Both the position numbers and the translations under genes were made by a program. From NCBI GenBank assembly GCA_038207395.1, contig JBBQZW010000003.1, positions 18,131 through 82,130 of the forward strand: a stretch of DNA of 64,000 nt. The letters run 5' to 3'. The DNA is from Minisyncoccia bacterium (GTDB lineage: Bacteria; Patescibacteriota; Minisyncoccia; Phycocordibacterales; Phycocordibacteraceae). Positions within the stretch are counted from its first letter, which is position 1; the number at the start of each line of letters is the position of its first letter. The notes beneath the pieces are model-generated. The model saw only the letters and a program-made list of their open reading frames with translations. It did no database searches and had not been told where the DNA came from. Positions 37,560 to 47,994 of this stretch are shown here, one piece after another.

Positions 37560-37561
37560 CC

Positions 37562-38329
37562 ATGAACATTATTTGTCTAAACATCTGGGGAGGCAGAGCA
37601 GGTAAGGAGAAATTACTCGCATTCTTTGAAACACATAAAGAAACTACTGATATTTTTTGCCTCCAGGAAGTTTGGTCAGACCGCTATGAGTTCCTTGAAG
37701 GAGCACTTGCCGGAGGCGTACCTATTAGCCACGACACTATTATGTCGTATGCACTCCAAGACATATGCGCCGTACTCCCTGATCATGTACCGTATTTCAA
37801 GCCAAGCTTCTTACATAGTTATGGACTGTGTATGTTCGTCCATAAAAAGCTAAACGTGATTGAAGAAGGTGATATATTCGTGCACTTTGCACGTGGGTAC
37901 ATACCTGAAGGTGATGTAGGGAATCACGCGCGCAACATGCAGTATGTGACCATAGAGACCGAGCTCGGACCTAAGACCGTTCTTAACCTGCACGGACTAT
38001 GGAATGGAGCAGGGAAGTCAGACTCAGATCAGCGCATCGTGCAGACTGACCGCATACTTAGCTTTATTTCTTCACTTTCAAACCCCTTTGTACTGTGCGG
38101 AGATTTTAATCTCTCCCCAGACACTGAGAGTTTGCAAAGAATTGAACGAGAAGGGCATCGAAACCTTATTTCCGAATATGGCATTACCTCTACCCGTACG
38201 AGTTTTTACACGAAGCCTGAGCGATATGCTGACTACGCATTTGTTAGTGAAGGAGTTGAAGTTCTTGGATTCGAAATACTTCCAGACGAAGTCTCTGACC
38301 ATGCACCGCTTCGCATCGAGATTGCGTGA
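37562..38329 (+). CDS. endonuclease/exonuclease/phosphatase (EEP) family protein
   Basis: IICLNIWGG...DIFCLQEV (N-terminal Mg-binding motif) and SDHAPLRIEI (C-terminal catalytic His) are EEP hallmarks. Confidence 0.75.
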   Translation: MNIICLNIWGGRAGKEKLLAFFETHKETTDIFCLQEVWSDRYEFLEGALAGGVPISHDTIMSYALQDICAVLPDHVPYFKPSFLHSYGLCMFVHKKLNVIEEGDIFVHFARGYIPEGDVGNHARNMQYVTIETELGPKTVLNLHGLWNGAGKSDSDQRIVQTDRILSFISSLSNPFVLCGDFNLSPDTESLQRIEREGHRNLISEYGITSTRTSFYTKPERYADYAFVSEGVEVLGFEILPDEVSDHAPLRIEIA

Positions 38330-38347
38330 TATACTGGCCTAAACCCT

Positions 38348-39502
38348 ATGAAAATCGTTTTTGCCGGCGGTGGAACCGGCGGCCATTTCTATCCCATAAT
38401 CGCAGTCGCTGAAGCGATCCGCGACATAGTGCGCGAACAAAGACTCATCCCCCCTAGTCTGGTGTACATGGCCCCAACACCCTTTGATCAGGAGGCGCTT
38501 TTCCAAAACGATATTTCATACCGCCCCATGCCCGCGGGGAAGGTTCGTCGTTACTTCGCAATTTCAAATATTACTGACTTCTTTCGTACGATATACGGTT
38601 CAGTATTTTCATTCTTTGTACTTCTTGCTGATATTCCCGATGTTGTTTTTTCTAAAGGAGGATTTGCAAGTGTGCCGGTTGTCCTAGCAGCACACTGGCT
38701 TGGTGTGCCTATCGTTATTCATGAATCTGACTCAAAGCCCGGACGCGCTAATTTGTTTGCAGCAAAATATGCAGAGCGTATTGCCGTAACGTACGAAAGC
38801 TCTATAGAGTATTTTCCTGTGGCAGTACGTAGTAAAATAGCGCGCGTTGGAATTCCGATACGTGCCGCACTAGCGCATCCTCTACCTGAAGGCGCAGCTC
38901 AGGAACTAAAACTTGACCCCAGTGTTCCAACCGTACTTATCATTGGGGGCTCGCTCGGATCAAAGCGCATTAACGACACGGTTATTCAAGGTCTCCCTCA
39001 GATACTAGAGTTTGCAAACGTTATTCACCAAACCGGAAAAAATAACTTTGCCGAAGTACAATCCACTGCAGGAGTGCTCTTAGAGAACTCTATGCACAAG
39101 GAACGCTACCACGTATTCCCGTATCTCTCTCAGGACTCAATGCGCGAAGCAGCGGGAGCAGCAGCACTCGTCGTATCGCGAGCGGGCAGTACTTCTATTA
39201 CCGAAATTTCACTTTGGGGAAAGCCAGCAATTCTTATTCCCATCCCCGAGACAGTAAGTCATGATCAGCGAACAAATGCGTATGCGTATGCGCACACGGG
39301 AGCCGCTATCGTGCTTGAGGAAGATAACCTCACGCCTAACATTGTTGCATCAGAGATTCGCCGTATTACAGCAGACCATGCTCTTAGTGCACGCATGAGC
39401 GAACACAGTAAGGGTTTTGCAAATCCACAGGCAGCTCGAGTTATTGCTGAGGAACTTTTGCGAATTGCTCGTTCTCACACTCCGAAAGAGCCTGCAGTAT
39501 AA
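38348..39502 (+). CDS. murG: undecaprenyldiphospho-muramoylpentapeptide beta-N-acetylglucosaminyltransferase
   Basis: MKIVFAGGGTGGHFYPIIAVAEAI is the MurG N-terminal G-loop. GT28 C-terminal domain. Confidence 0.9.
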   Translation: MKIVFAGGGTGGHFYPIIAVAEAIRDIVREQRLIPPSLVYMAPTPFDQEALFQNDISYRPMPAGKVRRYFAISNITDFFRTIYGSVFSFFVLLADIPDVVFSKGGFASVPVVLAAHWLGVPIVIHESDSKPGRANLFAAKYAERIAVTYESSIEYFPVAVRSKIARVGIPIRAALAHPLPEGAAQELKLDPSVPTVLIIGGSLGSKRINDTVIQGLPQILEFANVIHQTGKNNFAEVQSTAGVLLENSMHKERYHVFPYLSQDSMREAAGAAALVVSRAGSTSITEISLWGKPAILIPIPETVSHDQRTNAYAYAHTGAAIVLEEDNLTPNIVASEIRRITADHALSARMSEHSKGFANPQAARVIAEELLRIARSHTPKEPAV

Positions 39503-39512
39503 TTTCAATCAT

Positions 39513-41012
39513 ATGGATCTATTCTCCGTAAACCTCACCGTGAGCAGTACTGGCGCCGCTGAAGTTCGTACCCGTTTCGCACCAAGTCCGACTGGCTTCT
39601 TGCACGTTGGGAGCGCACGAACAGCTCTTTACGCCTGGCTCTATGCACTTCAGCATGGAGGATCGTTCATTCTGCGCATCGAAGACACAGATAAGGAACG
39701 TGAAGTGGAAGGATCTATTGGTCACTTAATGGAATCCTTGAAGTGGCTAGGTATTCAATGGAATGAAGGTATTGATATCGACGGACCCTATGGACCGTAC
39801 ATTCAGTCCCAGCGTCTCGATATCTACCGCTCATATGCCCACAAACTTCTAACGCTTGGCTTTGCCTATCCTGACCCATATACCGAAGTGGAGCTTCAGG
39901 GATTTCGTGATGCTGCAGAAGCGGAAAAGCGCCCCTTTTTGTTCCGTGACCACCGCCCGTCTGGAGAAATAGAGTGGGACGGGAAATCACCACTTCGCTT
40001 CCGTGTACCTGAGATTAAACGCTATACGTGGAATGACGTCATCATGGGAGACCTGTCCGCAGGGGAAGAAGCCCTCGACGACTTTATTCTTATGAAAGGT
40101 GACGGGTATCCCACCTATAACTTCGCACATGTTGTTGATGACATTGAGATGCGTATCACGCATGTAATGCGAGGCCAGGAGTTTATTTCAAGCACTCCAA
40201 AATTCCTTTCGCTCTATGACGCGCTTGGCGTAACGCCTCCGGTCTTCGCAACACTTCCTCCTATTCTTGGAGAAACAGGAATGAAGAAACTTTCAAAGCG
40301 CGACGGGGCTAAAGATATTTTGGACTACCGTGAAGAAGGGTACACCTCTGAAGCAATGCGAAACTTCCTGGCACTTCTAGGCTGGCACCCAACAGGGGAT
40401 AAGGAGGTATTTAGTACGGAAGAGCTTCTCCGTGAATTCACCATTGAGCGCGTACAAAAGAGTGGTGCGCAATTTGATGAAAAGAAACTTCTTCATTTAA
40501 ATCGTGAGTGGCTTCGATCATTTTCTCCCGTGGAGTACATTGAGCGCGCAGGCTTAAAGAATGCTCCCGGAGGAGTAGCGGCATCAGAGTCAATGCTTTT
40601 AAAGGTAGTGCCCCTTCTGCAGGAACGCGCGCATACCTTCCGCGAAGCGTGGGAAATGCTCGAGGGAGAGCTTTCGTGTCTTTTTGTTGTACCTACACTC
40701 GAAAAAGAGAGTCTTCTTGCAAAAGAGCCAGTATCGGCAGCAGGTACTACCAAGACCCATTTGAAGGCCTTGGTTGAGCTTGTGGGGGCACTTAGCGACC
40801 AAGAGAGTGCAGACCACGTAAAAAGCGTGCTTATGCCCTACGCCGATAGTATTTCGAAAGAAGAGGGTGGGCGAGGTGCCGTACTTTGGCCTCTTCGATA
40901 CGCACTTTCAGGTGCAGAGCGCTCTCCTGACCCGTTTATCCTTATTTCACTCATTGGGAAGTCAGAAAGTCTTTCGCGCATTCAAACAGCTCTTGGTATA
41001 CTAGAGGGATGA
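39513..41012 (+). CDS. gltX: glutamate--tRNA ligase
   Basis: RFAPSPTGFLHVGSARTALYAWLYA (HIGH region) and KLSKR (KMSKS). Confidence 0.9.
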   Translation: MDLFSVNLTVSSTGAAEVRTRFAPSPTGFLHVGSARTALYAWLYALQHGGSFILRIEDTDKEREVEGSIGHLMESLKWLGIQWNEGIDIDGPYGPYIQSQRLDIYRSYAHKLLTLGFAYPDPYTEVELQGFRDAAEAEKRPFLFRDHRPSGEIEWDGKSPLRFRVPEIKRYTWNDVIMGDLSAGEEALDDFILMKGDGYPTYNFAHVVDDIEMRITHVMRGQEFISSTPKFLSLYDALGVTPPVFATLPPILGETGMKKLSKRDGAKDILDYREEGYTSEAMRNFLALLGWHPTGDKEVFSTEELLREFTIERVQKSGAQFDEKKLLHLNREWLRSFSPVEYIERAGLKNAPGGVAASESMLLKVVPLLQERAHTFREAWEMLEGELSCLFVVPTLEKESLLAKEPVSAAGTTKTHLKALVELVGALSDQESADHVKSVLMPYADSISKEEGGRGAVLWPLRYALSGAERSPDPFILISLIGKSESLSRIQTALGILEG

Positions 41013-42289
41013 CCGTGCGTTCATTTCAGATCCGTGCCCTTTCGCTACTTATCCTCCTCGGAGTCGGAGGTACTTCGCTGATACCCCCATTTTTAGCAGA
41101 AGCACAAACAACCGACACGTCAGGAATTCAAAACGAAATAAATCAACACAATCAACAAATAGCGAATCTTGAAAAAGAGATTGCGCAGTATCAACAACAG
41201 CTCACCACACTTGGTACTGCCCACAAGACACTCCAAAGCGCTATAAGTACGATCGATATTTCTCGTCAGCAAACAAATACTCAAATTAAGGTTACTCGAA
41301 ACAAGATGGATGCGAGTGCACTTCGTCTTCAGCAACTCTCAGGGGAGATTAGTGAGAAACAGTATCAGATTGCCGTTAACCGTAAGTCGGTGGAGCAGTC
41401 ACTGCGTGATCTTTCTATGGCAGAGGAAAATAGCATCATTGAACATATCTTCGGAGCGTCGAGTCTTGCAGATGCGTGGACTGCTGCTGACGCTTCACTT
41501 TCCGTAAGCGAGGCGCTGCGTGCAAATACGGCGACACTTTCCGGCATTACTCAGCAGTTAGGGGCACAGAAAGCCGACGAAAGCTCAACGCGCGCAAAGC
41601 TGGCAGAGCTTGGTTCGGAACTTTCTTCACAGCAGAAAGAGTTAGATGTAAAAAAAGCAGAAAAAGCAACGCTTCTTTCTCAAACAAAAAATCAGGAATC
41701 TAGCTACCAGTCACTCATTTCAAAGAAACGTGCTGAGCAGGCGTCCTTCCAGGCTGCCCTGTATCAACTCTCTCTTAAGTTAAAAGCTGCTGACACGAGC
41801 AGTATTCCAAACGCAGGTACGGGGATTCTTAAGTGGCCATTAGACTCCGTCCATATCACGCAGCTGTTCGGTAAGACGACTGATTCGGGACGGTTGTACG
41901 CATCTGGTACGCATGACGGAATTGATCTTGGGGTGCCGTCAGGTGCTGCCGTGCATGCAGCGCTCACGGGAACCGTATTCGCAACAAACGAAGGTGCCGT
42001 TCAGAACTGTCAGTATGGCAAATGGGTTTTGATAAAACATGCTAACGGACTCGCAACGCTCTATGCGCACCTCTCAAAAATTAGCGTCACTAATGGCCAA
42101 GTCGTCACTACCGGAGACACTATCGGGTACTCAGGCATGACAGGCTATGCAACTGGTCCTCATCTTCACTTCACGGTATATGTTGCGAGTGCTGTTACGC
42201 TTAAGCAATACACGTGTAAGAGCGGCCCAACGGTAACTATTCCTATTGCGCCTCCAAACGGATACCTTAACCCGTCTGCATATCTATAG
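41009..42289 (+). CDS. M23-family peptidoglycan DD-metalloendopeptidase with N-terminal coiled coil (EnvC-like)
   Basis: Signal/TM, a Q-rich coiled coil, then HDGIDLG...ATGPHLHF (M23 Zn ligands). Confidence 0.8.
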   Translation: MTVRSFQIRALSLLILLGVGGTSLIPPFLAEAQTTDTSGIQNEINQHNQQIANLEKEIAQYQQQLTTLGTAHKTLQSAISTIDISRQQTNTQIKVTRNKMDASALRLQQLSGEISEKQYQIAVNRKSVEQSLRDLSMAEENSIIEHIFGASSLADAWTAADASLSVSEALRANTATLSGITQQLGAQKADESSTRAKLAELGSELSSQQKELDVKKAEKATLLSQTKNQESSYQSLISKKRAEQASFQAALYQLSLKLKAADTSSIPNAGTGILKWPLDSVHITQLFGKTTDSGRLYASGTHDGIDLGVPSGAAVHAALTGTVFATNEGAVQNCQYGKWVLIKHANGLATLYAHLSKISVTNGQVVTTGDTIGYSGMTGYATGPHLHFTVYVASAVTLKQYTCKSGPTVTIPIAPPNGYLNPSAYL

Positions 42290-42946
42290 TGGATTCTCCT
42301 TCTTAGCATCGAGCGCTGCGTGATGAAGTTTCCAAAATAAGAGAGAGACATATGACCGGTGCGGTGACCATCGTTCAGCGATACGGGCAAGTTCTTTTTT
42401 AGAGACAGATGCGGGAAGCGCAAGCGCTTCCCGCATCTGTCTCTCTAGTATGAGATCTCCCGGAGAAAACACATCAGGCGCACCAAGCGCAAAGAGTAAA
42501 AACATTTCCGCAGTCCAAGGTCCGATGCCATATATTCCCGTGAGTTGTTTCGTTGCTTCTTCGGAAGAAAGGGCAGCCAGCGAGAGCAGAACAAGTTGTT
42601 TTGTTTCTATGGCCTGCGCAAGCTCTTTTAGACTTCGTACTTTTGCCGCAGAAAGCCCTGCAGTCCGAAGAAGCTCAGGAGTAGCTTCATGGACGCGCTG
42701 TGATGTTATTTTTCCGTCTAGGATAGATTTCACGCGCGTAAATATACTGTCAGCAGCTTTCGTAGAAAGCTGCTGACTTACAATAGATGAGACGAGTGAC
42801 TCAAAAAGCGCTGCTGCCGTATGCTTTGGACTAACCCGTGAGGTTACCGTTCCGCGATAGGGGAGTGCTGCCGCATACAGTTTCGGATCTGTACGTTTTA
42901 AGTGTGCAAGTGCTCGGCGTTCTTCTTCATGGAGCGGTGTCTTCAT
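42284..42946 (-). CDS. HhH-GPD DNA glycosylase (AlkA / 3-methyladenine glycosylase II-like)
   Basis: GIYGIGPWTAEMFLLFALGAPDVFSPGDL is the helix-hairpin-helix Gly/Pro-Asp motif. Start taken at internal Met 42946; the track ORF extends to 43075. Confidence 0.7.
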   Translation of the reverse strand: MKTPLHEEERRALAHLKRTDPKLYAAALPYRGTVTSRVSPKHTAAALFESLVSSIVSQQLSTKAADSIFTRVKSILDGKITSQRVHEATPELLRTAGLSAAKVRSLKELAQAIETKQLVLLSLAALSSEEATKQLTGIYGIGPWTAEMFLLFALGAPDVFSPGDLILERQMREALALPASVSKKELARIAERWSPHRSYVSLLFWKLHHAALDAKKENPL

Positions 42947-43177
42947 ACCTGTTCTGTATGTTATATACTGTACGCATGATAAAGCTGATTGTATATGTGG
43001 TGGTCGGACTACTGGTCCTATCTTTTTTTGGTATTTCACTCCAGCACCTTGTAGACTCACCAACCACTCAAGCAAACTTTCATTACATTGGAGATCTCCT
43101 CAGCAAGGGATGGGATGATATTGTGAAGCAGGTAAACGAAATCTGGCACAGTATTGTGTAAAAATAATCTACTCTTT

Positions 43178-43426
43178 ATGCCTCCTGAACTCTCTCCAGA
43201 ACGAAATATAAAAATAGACATACCATCTTCGTCACGGCCTACATTTTCAAATGCAACACAGGTAACCGTGTCAGATGACTCAGTTGTACTGCAGTTTGCC
43301 TATGTACGTCCAAATACTGCAGAAGGGCAATTAATCGGAGAAATTGTTCTCTCCCCAAAACATGCCATTGATTTTAGTAGAGCGCTCGATACGACGATAA
43401 AAGAGCACTTTACGCGGCATCTATAA
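43178..43426 (+). CDS. hypothetical protein (DUF3467-like)
   Basis: MPPELSPERNIKIDIPSSSRPTFSNATQVTVSDDSVVLQFAYV... Confidence 0.4.
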   Translation: MPPELSPERNIKIDIPSSSRPTFSNATQVTVSDDSVVLQFAYVRPNTAEGQLIGEIVLSPKHAIDFSRALDTTIKEHFTRHL

Positions 43427-43495
43427 AAGTTGTGGAGCGCGGCCGAAACGGCCGCGCTCCTTGCTAAATATCATTTTTATAGCATTATCAAACCC

Positions 43496-44458
43496 ATGAC
43501 TGAGACCGCCCGTACCTGGCATATTCTCCGAATTGCACTCGCTATTACGGGTCTCGTAGTTCTATTCTTTAGCGGCATTTTCCCTATAGAAAACTATCTC
43601 GCCCTAGTGCCTTCGAACGCTCTTACCGCTTCGGTCGTTCCTTCAGATGTTGCTACGCTCACTAATACGAACCGTATCGAAAAAGGGTTGCCAGCACTTA
43701 CTATCAACCCGCTTCTTTCCCAAGCAGCTCAGCGTAAGGCCGAAGACATGGCACAACATTCTTACTATGCTCACATAAGTCCTGACGGAAAATCTCCTCT
43801 CTACTGGCTTCAGCAGGTCGGGTATAAATACCTAAACGCAGGAGAGAATCTCGTTATTGATCGCACCACGTCTGAAGATGCAGTGAGCGCTTGGATGAAT
43901 TCGCCTGATCACCGTGAGAATATCCTCCGCCCACAATTTACGGAATTTGGTATTGGTGTCGCGGAAGGGGTATACGACGGACAGCCCACTATATTCATAG
44001 TTCAAGAATTCGGCACTCCGTACCCACTAAGTGCGCCGGCGCTTCGCACTCCTCCAAAGCCTATAGTTGCAGTCGAACCACTCAAAAAAACTCAACTTAT
44101 AACAAATATAGAAGCACTCGCCGCTCCTGTAGCGAAGACAATAGCACCAGCCTCTGTAGAAAAGACAGTCAAGATTCCACCTAAAGAAAGAGTAAGACTT
44201 GCTATCGTACCAGGCACGATAGGTACATCCACAGTACCCTTGTCTAGTACAACAACTGCCACTTCTAGTCTTACTACGTTTAGTTATGCACTCGCTGCTG
44301 AGTTCTACGCACCTGTTCAGGTCGCGCGCAGTAACGAACGAATTGGACCCGTCGAGAAGGGAACCGTTCCACAAATCCAAAATCCTACACCAACGTGGCT
44401 TATATCGGTGCGTCACTATCTTCAATCTGTTACAAACTTTGTCCCTCGTATTTGGTAG
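43496..44458 (+). CDS. CAP-domain (SCP/PR-1-like, YkwD-type) secreted protein
   Basis: N-terminal TM. HSYYAHISPDG...AWMNSPDHRENIL are CAP signature motifs. Confidence 0.6.
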   Translation: MTETARTWHILRIALAITGLVVLFFSGIFPIENYLALVPSNALTASVVPSDVATLTNTNRIEKGLPALTINPLLSQAAQRKAEDMAQHSYYAHISPDGKSPLYWLQQVGYKYLNAGENLVIDRTTSEDAVSAWMNSPDHRENILRPQFTEFGIGVAEGVYDGQPTIFIVQEFGTPYPLSAPALRTPPKPIVAVEPLKKTQLITNIEALAAPVAKTIAPASVEKTVKIPPKERVRLAIVPGTIGTSTVPLSSTTTATSSLTTFSYALAAEFYAPVQVARSNERIGPVEKGTVPQIQNPTPTWLISVRHYLQSVTNFVPRIW

Positions 44459-44563
44459 TACTGGGTAGTAATGATGCGATTCATCCATCCTTCATTCATG
44501 AAGGAGTATACCTATGGGTATGGATAGCCGTTGGCATCCTCGCTATCACTAATCGAACGACAC

Positions 44564-44788
44564 ATGAAAAAAATACTCGGAACTATGGCTCTTGGAGCAT
44601 TGATCGCGGTACCAGCGGTCGGATTTGCACAGACATTCGCTTACGTAAATACGTCAGGGGAAGTAACTACTGTCGAAGCAGTTGATGCAAATACCGCACT
44701 TCGCACTGCACCAAATATGGATATCCATAGCGGTGTAATTCGTATCTCAAGCCCAAGCGACGGAATTGTTGGAGACAAAGTCTTCTAA
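44564..44788 (+). CDS. small secreted protein
   Basis: Signal peptide MKKILGTMALGALIAVPAVGFA. A terminator follows at 44818-44849. Confidence 0.35.
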   Translation: MKKILGTMALGALIAVPAVGFAQTFAYVNTSGEVTTVEAVDANTALRTAPNMDIHSGVIRISSPSDGIVGDKVF

Positions 44789-44817
44789 CAGTACTTCTGC
44801 TTACGCAGTATGAAGTA

Positions 44818-44849
44818 AGGGCAGTGGGTCGCACGCGACCCACTGCCCT
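44818..44849 (+). terminator. hairpin gggcagtgggtcgc-acgc-gacccactgccc
   Basis: Perfect 14-bp stem. Confidence 0.5.
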
Positions 44850-44911
44850 TACTTCATGAAGATTTTGCAATATATTTTTACATAGTCAAAACTTAGCCGT
44901 ATACTTACTCT

Positions 44912-45715
44912 ATGAATATCTCATCCTCGTTACGTACCTGGATTCTTTTAGGAATTCTTCTCCTTGCTGGCGCTGGCGCACTAGCGGCGGCTCTAATTCA
45001 AGCACCTAACAGACCCACCCCCACAGGCACAGCTTCAAGTAGCGCTAGTGTTTCAGTGCCCGCTACGAATACCATTCCAGAAGCATCGAGTACTGAGAGT
45101 ACGACCACTACAATAATCAGTAAAGAAGTGAAAGCTGATATACCTCCCGCACCCATAAAAAAACCAGTGCCAGTAGCACCCATACCAACACCCGTACAAA
45201 CAACAACCACAGTTACAACAACGATAACGCCTCCTGCACCTAGCGCACCGCCAGCTTCTTCATTTCCTGTAACAAATACTCTCAAAGTATCTCCAATCGC
45301 CCTCCTTGGAGGCGGTACGGCCCGCCTAGGAGCAACGATCCCCGTATCGTATCTTCAAGTGATCAATCAAAGTACGTCAACTGTTTCAATTAAAGGCTTT
45401 ACCGTACGCCAGCAAGGCACCACTCCTGACACAGGAGTTATCGGGTTTAGTTCTGTTGATGACAAAAGTGGTTCGCGCGGAGCGGTAGGGGGGACAGAAG
45501 GATCAAACGTACTTCAGGGAAATGTGGGCTATATCCCAAGCACTGCCGTGATTGCGCCTGGTCAAATGAAACTCTTTACCCTTAAGGCGCAACTATCTTC
45601 TTTGAGTCAGTACGCAGGAACATCACTTACGCTTGTCGTAACCGGCGTTGATTCTCCGCTCCAACTCACGGCACAACTTCCTATTCCGGGAACAACCTGG
45701 AACCTTGCTCCGTAA
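44912..45715 (+). CDS. secreted Thr/Pro-rich hypothetical protein
   Basis: Signal/TM, then a T/P-rich linker (PIPTPVQTTTTVTTTITPPAPSAPP). Confidence 0.5.
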   Translation: MNISSSLRTWILLGILLLAGAGALAAALIQAPNRPTPTGTASSSASVSVPATNTIPEASSTESTTTTIISKEVKADIPPAPIKKPVPVAPIPTPVQTTTTVTTTITPPAPSAPPASSFPVTNTLKVSPIALLGGGTARLGATIPVSYLQVINQSTSTVSIKGFTVRQQGTTPDTGVIGFSSVDDKSGSRGAVGGTEGSNVLQGNVGYIPSTAVIAPGQMKLFTLKAQLSSLSQYAGTSLTLVVTGVDSPLQLTAQLPIPGTTWNLAP

Positions 45716-45805
45716 ATAGAGCAATACTTCCACTCTTCATGAACACCTCACGATTTGCTGTTTATACTAAGTAAGTTATTAATTACACTTATTTATATTT
45801 ACTCT

Positions 45806-46054
45806 ATGAGTCTATTGCTTTGGATTGTGTTTGGAGCTATCGCAGGATGGATTGCGTCTATGATTACTAATACTAATCACGGACTTTTACTCGACATTGT
45901 TATTGGCATCGTTGGTGCTGTACTTGGAGGGTGGATTATGAACGCACTAGGCAGTACTGGAACTACGGGGTTTAACCTGTACAGTCTCCTGGTCGCAATT
46001 CTTGGTGCGCTTGTTCTGCTCGTAATCGTTAAAGCAATACGTCGCGGTGCATAG
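45806..46054 (+). CDS. GlsB/YeaQ/YmgE-family (transglycosylase-associated) small membrane protein
   Basis: LLLWIVFGAIAGWIASMIT...GIVGAVLGGWIMNALG is a typical YeaQ motif. Confidence 0.6.
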   Translation: MSLLLWIVFGAIAGWIASMITNTNHGLLLDIVIGIVGAVLGGWIMNALGSTGTTGFNLYSLLVAILGALVLLVIVKAIRRGA

Positions 46055-46132
46055 CATCAGTTGCGATACCCCAGACTGGTGTATACTTAACTGGGTTAAG
46101 CATTAATTAATTCACTAACGCACATTTATAGT

Positions 46133-46717
46133 ATGGGAAAAGGAGGAATTATCGCACTCGTTGCAGTACTCGTTATTGCAGGAGGTGCATACGCTTATTC
46201 ACGTTCAACTAATACAGAAACTTCTATGCACGAAAATACAGACGCTATGGCCCATGACGGTCAGGAGGGAGTTATGGTCGGTGGCGCTCTTATGACGCCA
46301 AATCGCGACATTGTTGCAAACGCGCTTGATGCAAGCAACGTAACTACGCTTGTAGCTGCCGTAACTGCAGCAGGACTTGTTGAAACACTTCAGAGTGCAG
46401 GACCATTCACCGTCTTCGCACCTACGAATGATGCTTTCGCAAAACTTCCTGCAGGAACGGTGGAAACACTCGTAAAGCCTGAGAACAAGGCACAGCTTGT
46501 AGATATTCTTACCTACCACGTTGTTGCAGGGCGTTACACCTCAGCTGACCTTATGGACGGACAGGTTCTCACCACCGTTGAAGGAAAGACCCTTACTATC
46601 AACAAGACCGCAGAAGGAAAGCTCTCAGTAAATGGTACAGCCATGGTTGAGACGCCTGATGTTATCTCAAGCAACGGCGTAACGTTTGTCATCGACAGCG
46701 TTCTCATGCCTAAGTAG
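46133..46717 (+). CDS. fasciclin (FAS1)-domain protein, membrane-anchored
   Basis: GPFTVFAPTNDAFAKLPAGTVETL...LTYHVVAG...VTFVIDSVLMP are FAS1 H1/H2 motifs. Confidence 0.7.
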   Translation: MGKGGIIALVAVLVIAGGAYAYSRSTNTETSMHENTDAMAHDGQEGVMVGGALMTPNRDIVANALDASNVTTLVAAVTAAGLVETLQSAGPFTVFAPTNDAFAKLPAGTVETLVKPENKAQLVDILTYHVVAGRYTSADLMDGQVLTTVEGKTLTINKTAEGKLSVNGTAMVETPDVISSNGVTFVIDSVLMPK

Positions 46718-46828
46718 TGATACTGCTTCGCTTAACACTCTTCTAAACTCGTTCGGGAATTTTCCGAACACAGAAGAGTTCGTTGCCCTATGCGCATCGA
46801 ACTCTTCTGGTATACATATCGCACCACC

Positions 46829-47284
46829 ATGCTCAAAAACCTTTCTATTCTCCACCGTAACCGCACAACTTACCGCATAGGGCTTCTTCAAGCTAAGGCA
46901 TATCGCGAGTTAAAGCATGTAACGGCCGAGCATCTTAAACCATTTGATCTTTCAACTACTCACTGGGCATTTTTGGGCCTACTCCTAGATAGTGGAGCGC
47001 TATCCCCAAGCAGCGCTGCTGAAGAGCTTGGCGTTGAAGCGCCTTTTATAAGCGTTATGGCACATACGCTAAAAGAACGAGGACTCGTTGCTGAAGAGAA
47101 AGATGCTGAAGACAGCAGACGCAAAGTACTTTGTCTCACCCCAAAAGGCGAGTCATTTGTTGCTGAGGCAGAATCCTACATGCGTACAAAAATGCGCCCT
47201 CTTATTGCAGGTATATCACCAGCGTCATTAGGTGCCTATATGCACGTTCTTGAGCACGTTCTTCTGAATACTAAAAAGAAGTAG
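46829..47284 (+). CDS. MarR-family transcriptional regulator
   Basis: wHTH LSPSSAAEELGVEAPFISVMAHTLKERGLVAEEKDAEDSRRKVLCLTPKG. Confidence 0.65.
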   Translation: MLKNLSILHRNRTTYRIGLLQAKAYRELKHVTAEHLKPFDLSTTHWAFLGLLLDSGALSPSSAAEELGVEAPFISVMAHTLKERGLVAEEKDAEDSRRKVLCLTPKGESFVAEAESYMRTKMRPLIAGISPASLGAYMHVLEHVLLNTKKK

Positions 47285-47342
47285 GTGCAATGCACGTGTA
47301 AAGGAAACTTGACATTTTATACAAAATGCCTATACTTACTAG

Positions 47343-47549
47343 GTGAAAATTCATATTCGTAACACCGTACAGGAGCTCCGGGTAAAACGCGGAATAACTC
47401 AAGAAGCACTGGCTCAGGAACTGGGCGTATCTCGCCAAACAATCATAGCGATTGAACGAGGTAATTATGCACCTTCGATACTTCTTGCCCTTCGTATTGG
47501 AGTATTCTTTAAAGAGCCGGTGGAACAAATATTTATACTCCATGACTAA
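47343..47549 (+). CDS. XRE-family HTH transcriptional regulator
   Basis: IRNTVQELRVKRGITQEALAQELGVSRQTIIAIERGNYAPS is a Cro/C1 HTH. Confidence 0.75.
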   Translation: MKIHIRNTVQELRVKRGITQEALAQELGVSRQTIIAIERGNYAPSILLALRIGVFFKEPVEQIFILHD

Positions 47550-47904
47550 AATTACTTCACAAATTTTTTCCGCAGTGGTTATTATCCTGCTTTCTGTTTT
47601 ACTCCTTAATCCCTTGGGGCTTTGGATGCCTTCAATGATGCACACGGTGGCGCTCACGCTATTCCTTGTCGCATTCGCCGGATTTGTTGCCTTTGTTATG
47701 CAGGAGCGTGGAGGAGACGAGCGTGAAAGCGAACACCGAATGTTCTCCGGAAGAATTGCATTTCTTTCAGCTGCAGCAGTCGCAGTATGTGGCATTGCTT
47801 ACCAAGGAATTACGGGACACATCGACCCATGGCTCGTTGCTGCGCTTTGTGTGATGCTTATTGCAAAGATTGGAAGCCATCTGTACAGCGCTCGGTATCG
47901 ATAG
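47542..47904 (+). CDS. small membrane protein overlapping the XRE regulator stop codon (likely co-transcribed)
   Basis: ATGACTAA overlap with the XRE stop. Three to four predicted TM helices. Confidence 0.5.
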   Translation: MTKITSQIFSAVVIILLSVLLLNPLGLWMPSMMHTVALTLFLVAFAGFVAFVMQERGGDERESEHRMFSGRIAFLSAAAVAVCGIAYQGITGHIDPWLVAALCVMLIAKIGSHLYSARYR

Positions 47905-47994
47905 TCCTATAGTGTGGGGATAAGTGTGTAAAGTTTACTTTACATTTTTTGATACTCAGATAGCATAGAGGTATTACTTTATTTTGGTACTTCT

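Noticed and set aside
42838-43161. 107-aa plus-strand ORF overlapping the 5' end of the AlkA-like gene
   Set aside because: Most of it is antisense to the glycosylase ORF. Only the last about 61 aa (from ATG 42976, hydrophobic) could be a real small membrane protein. Not confident enough to list.
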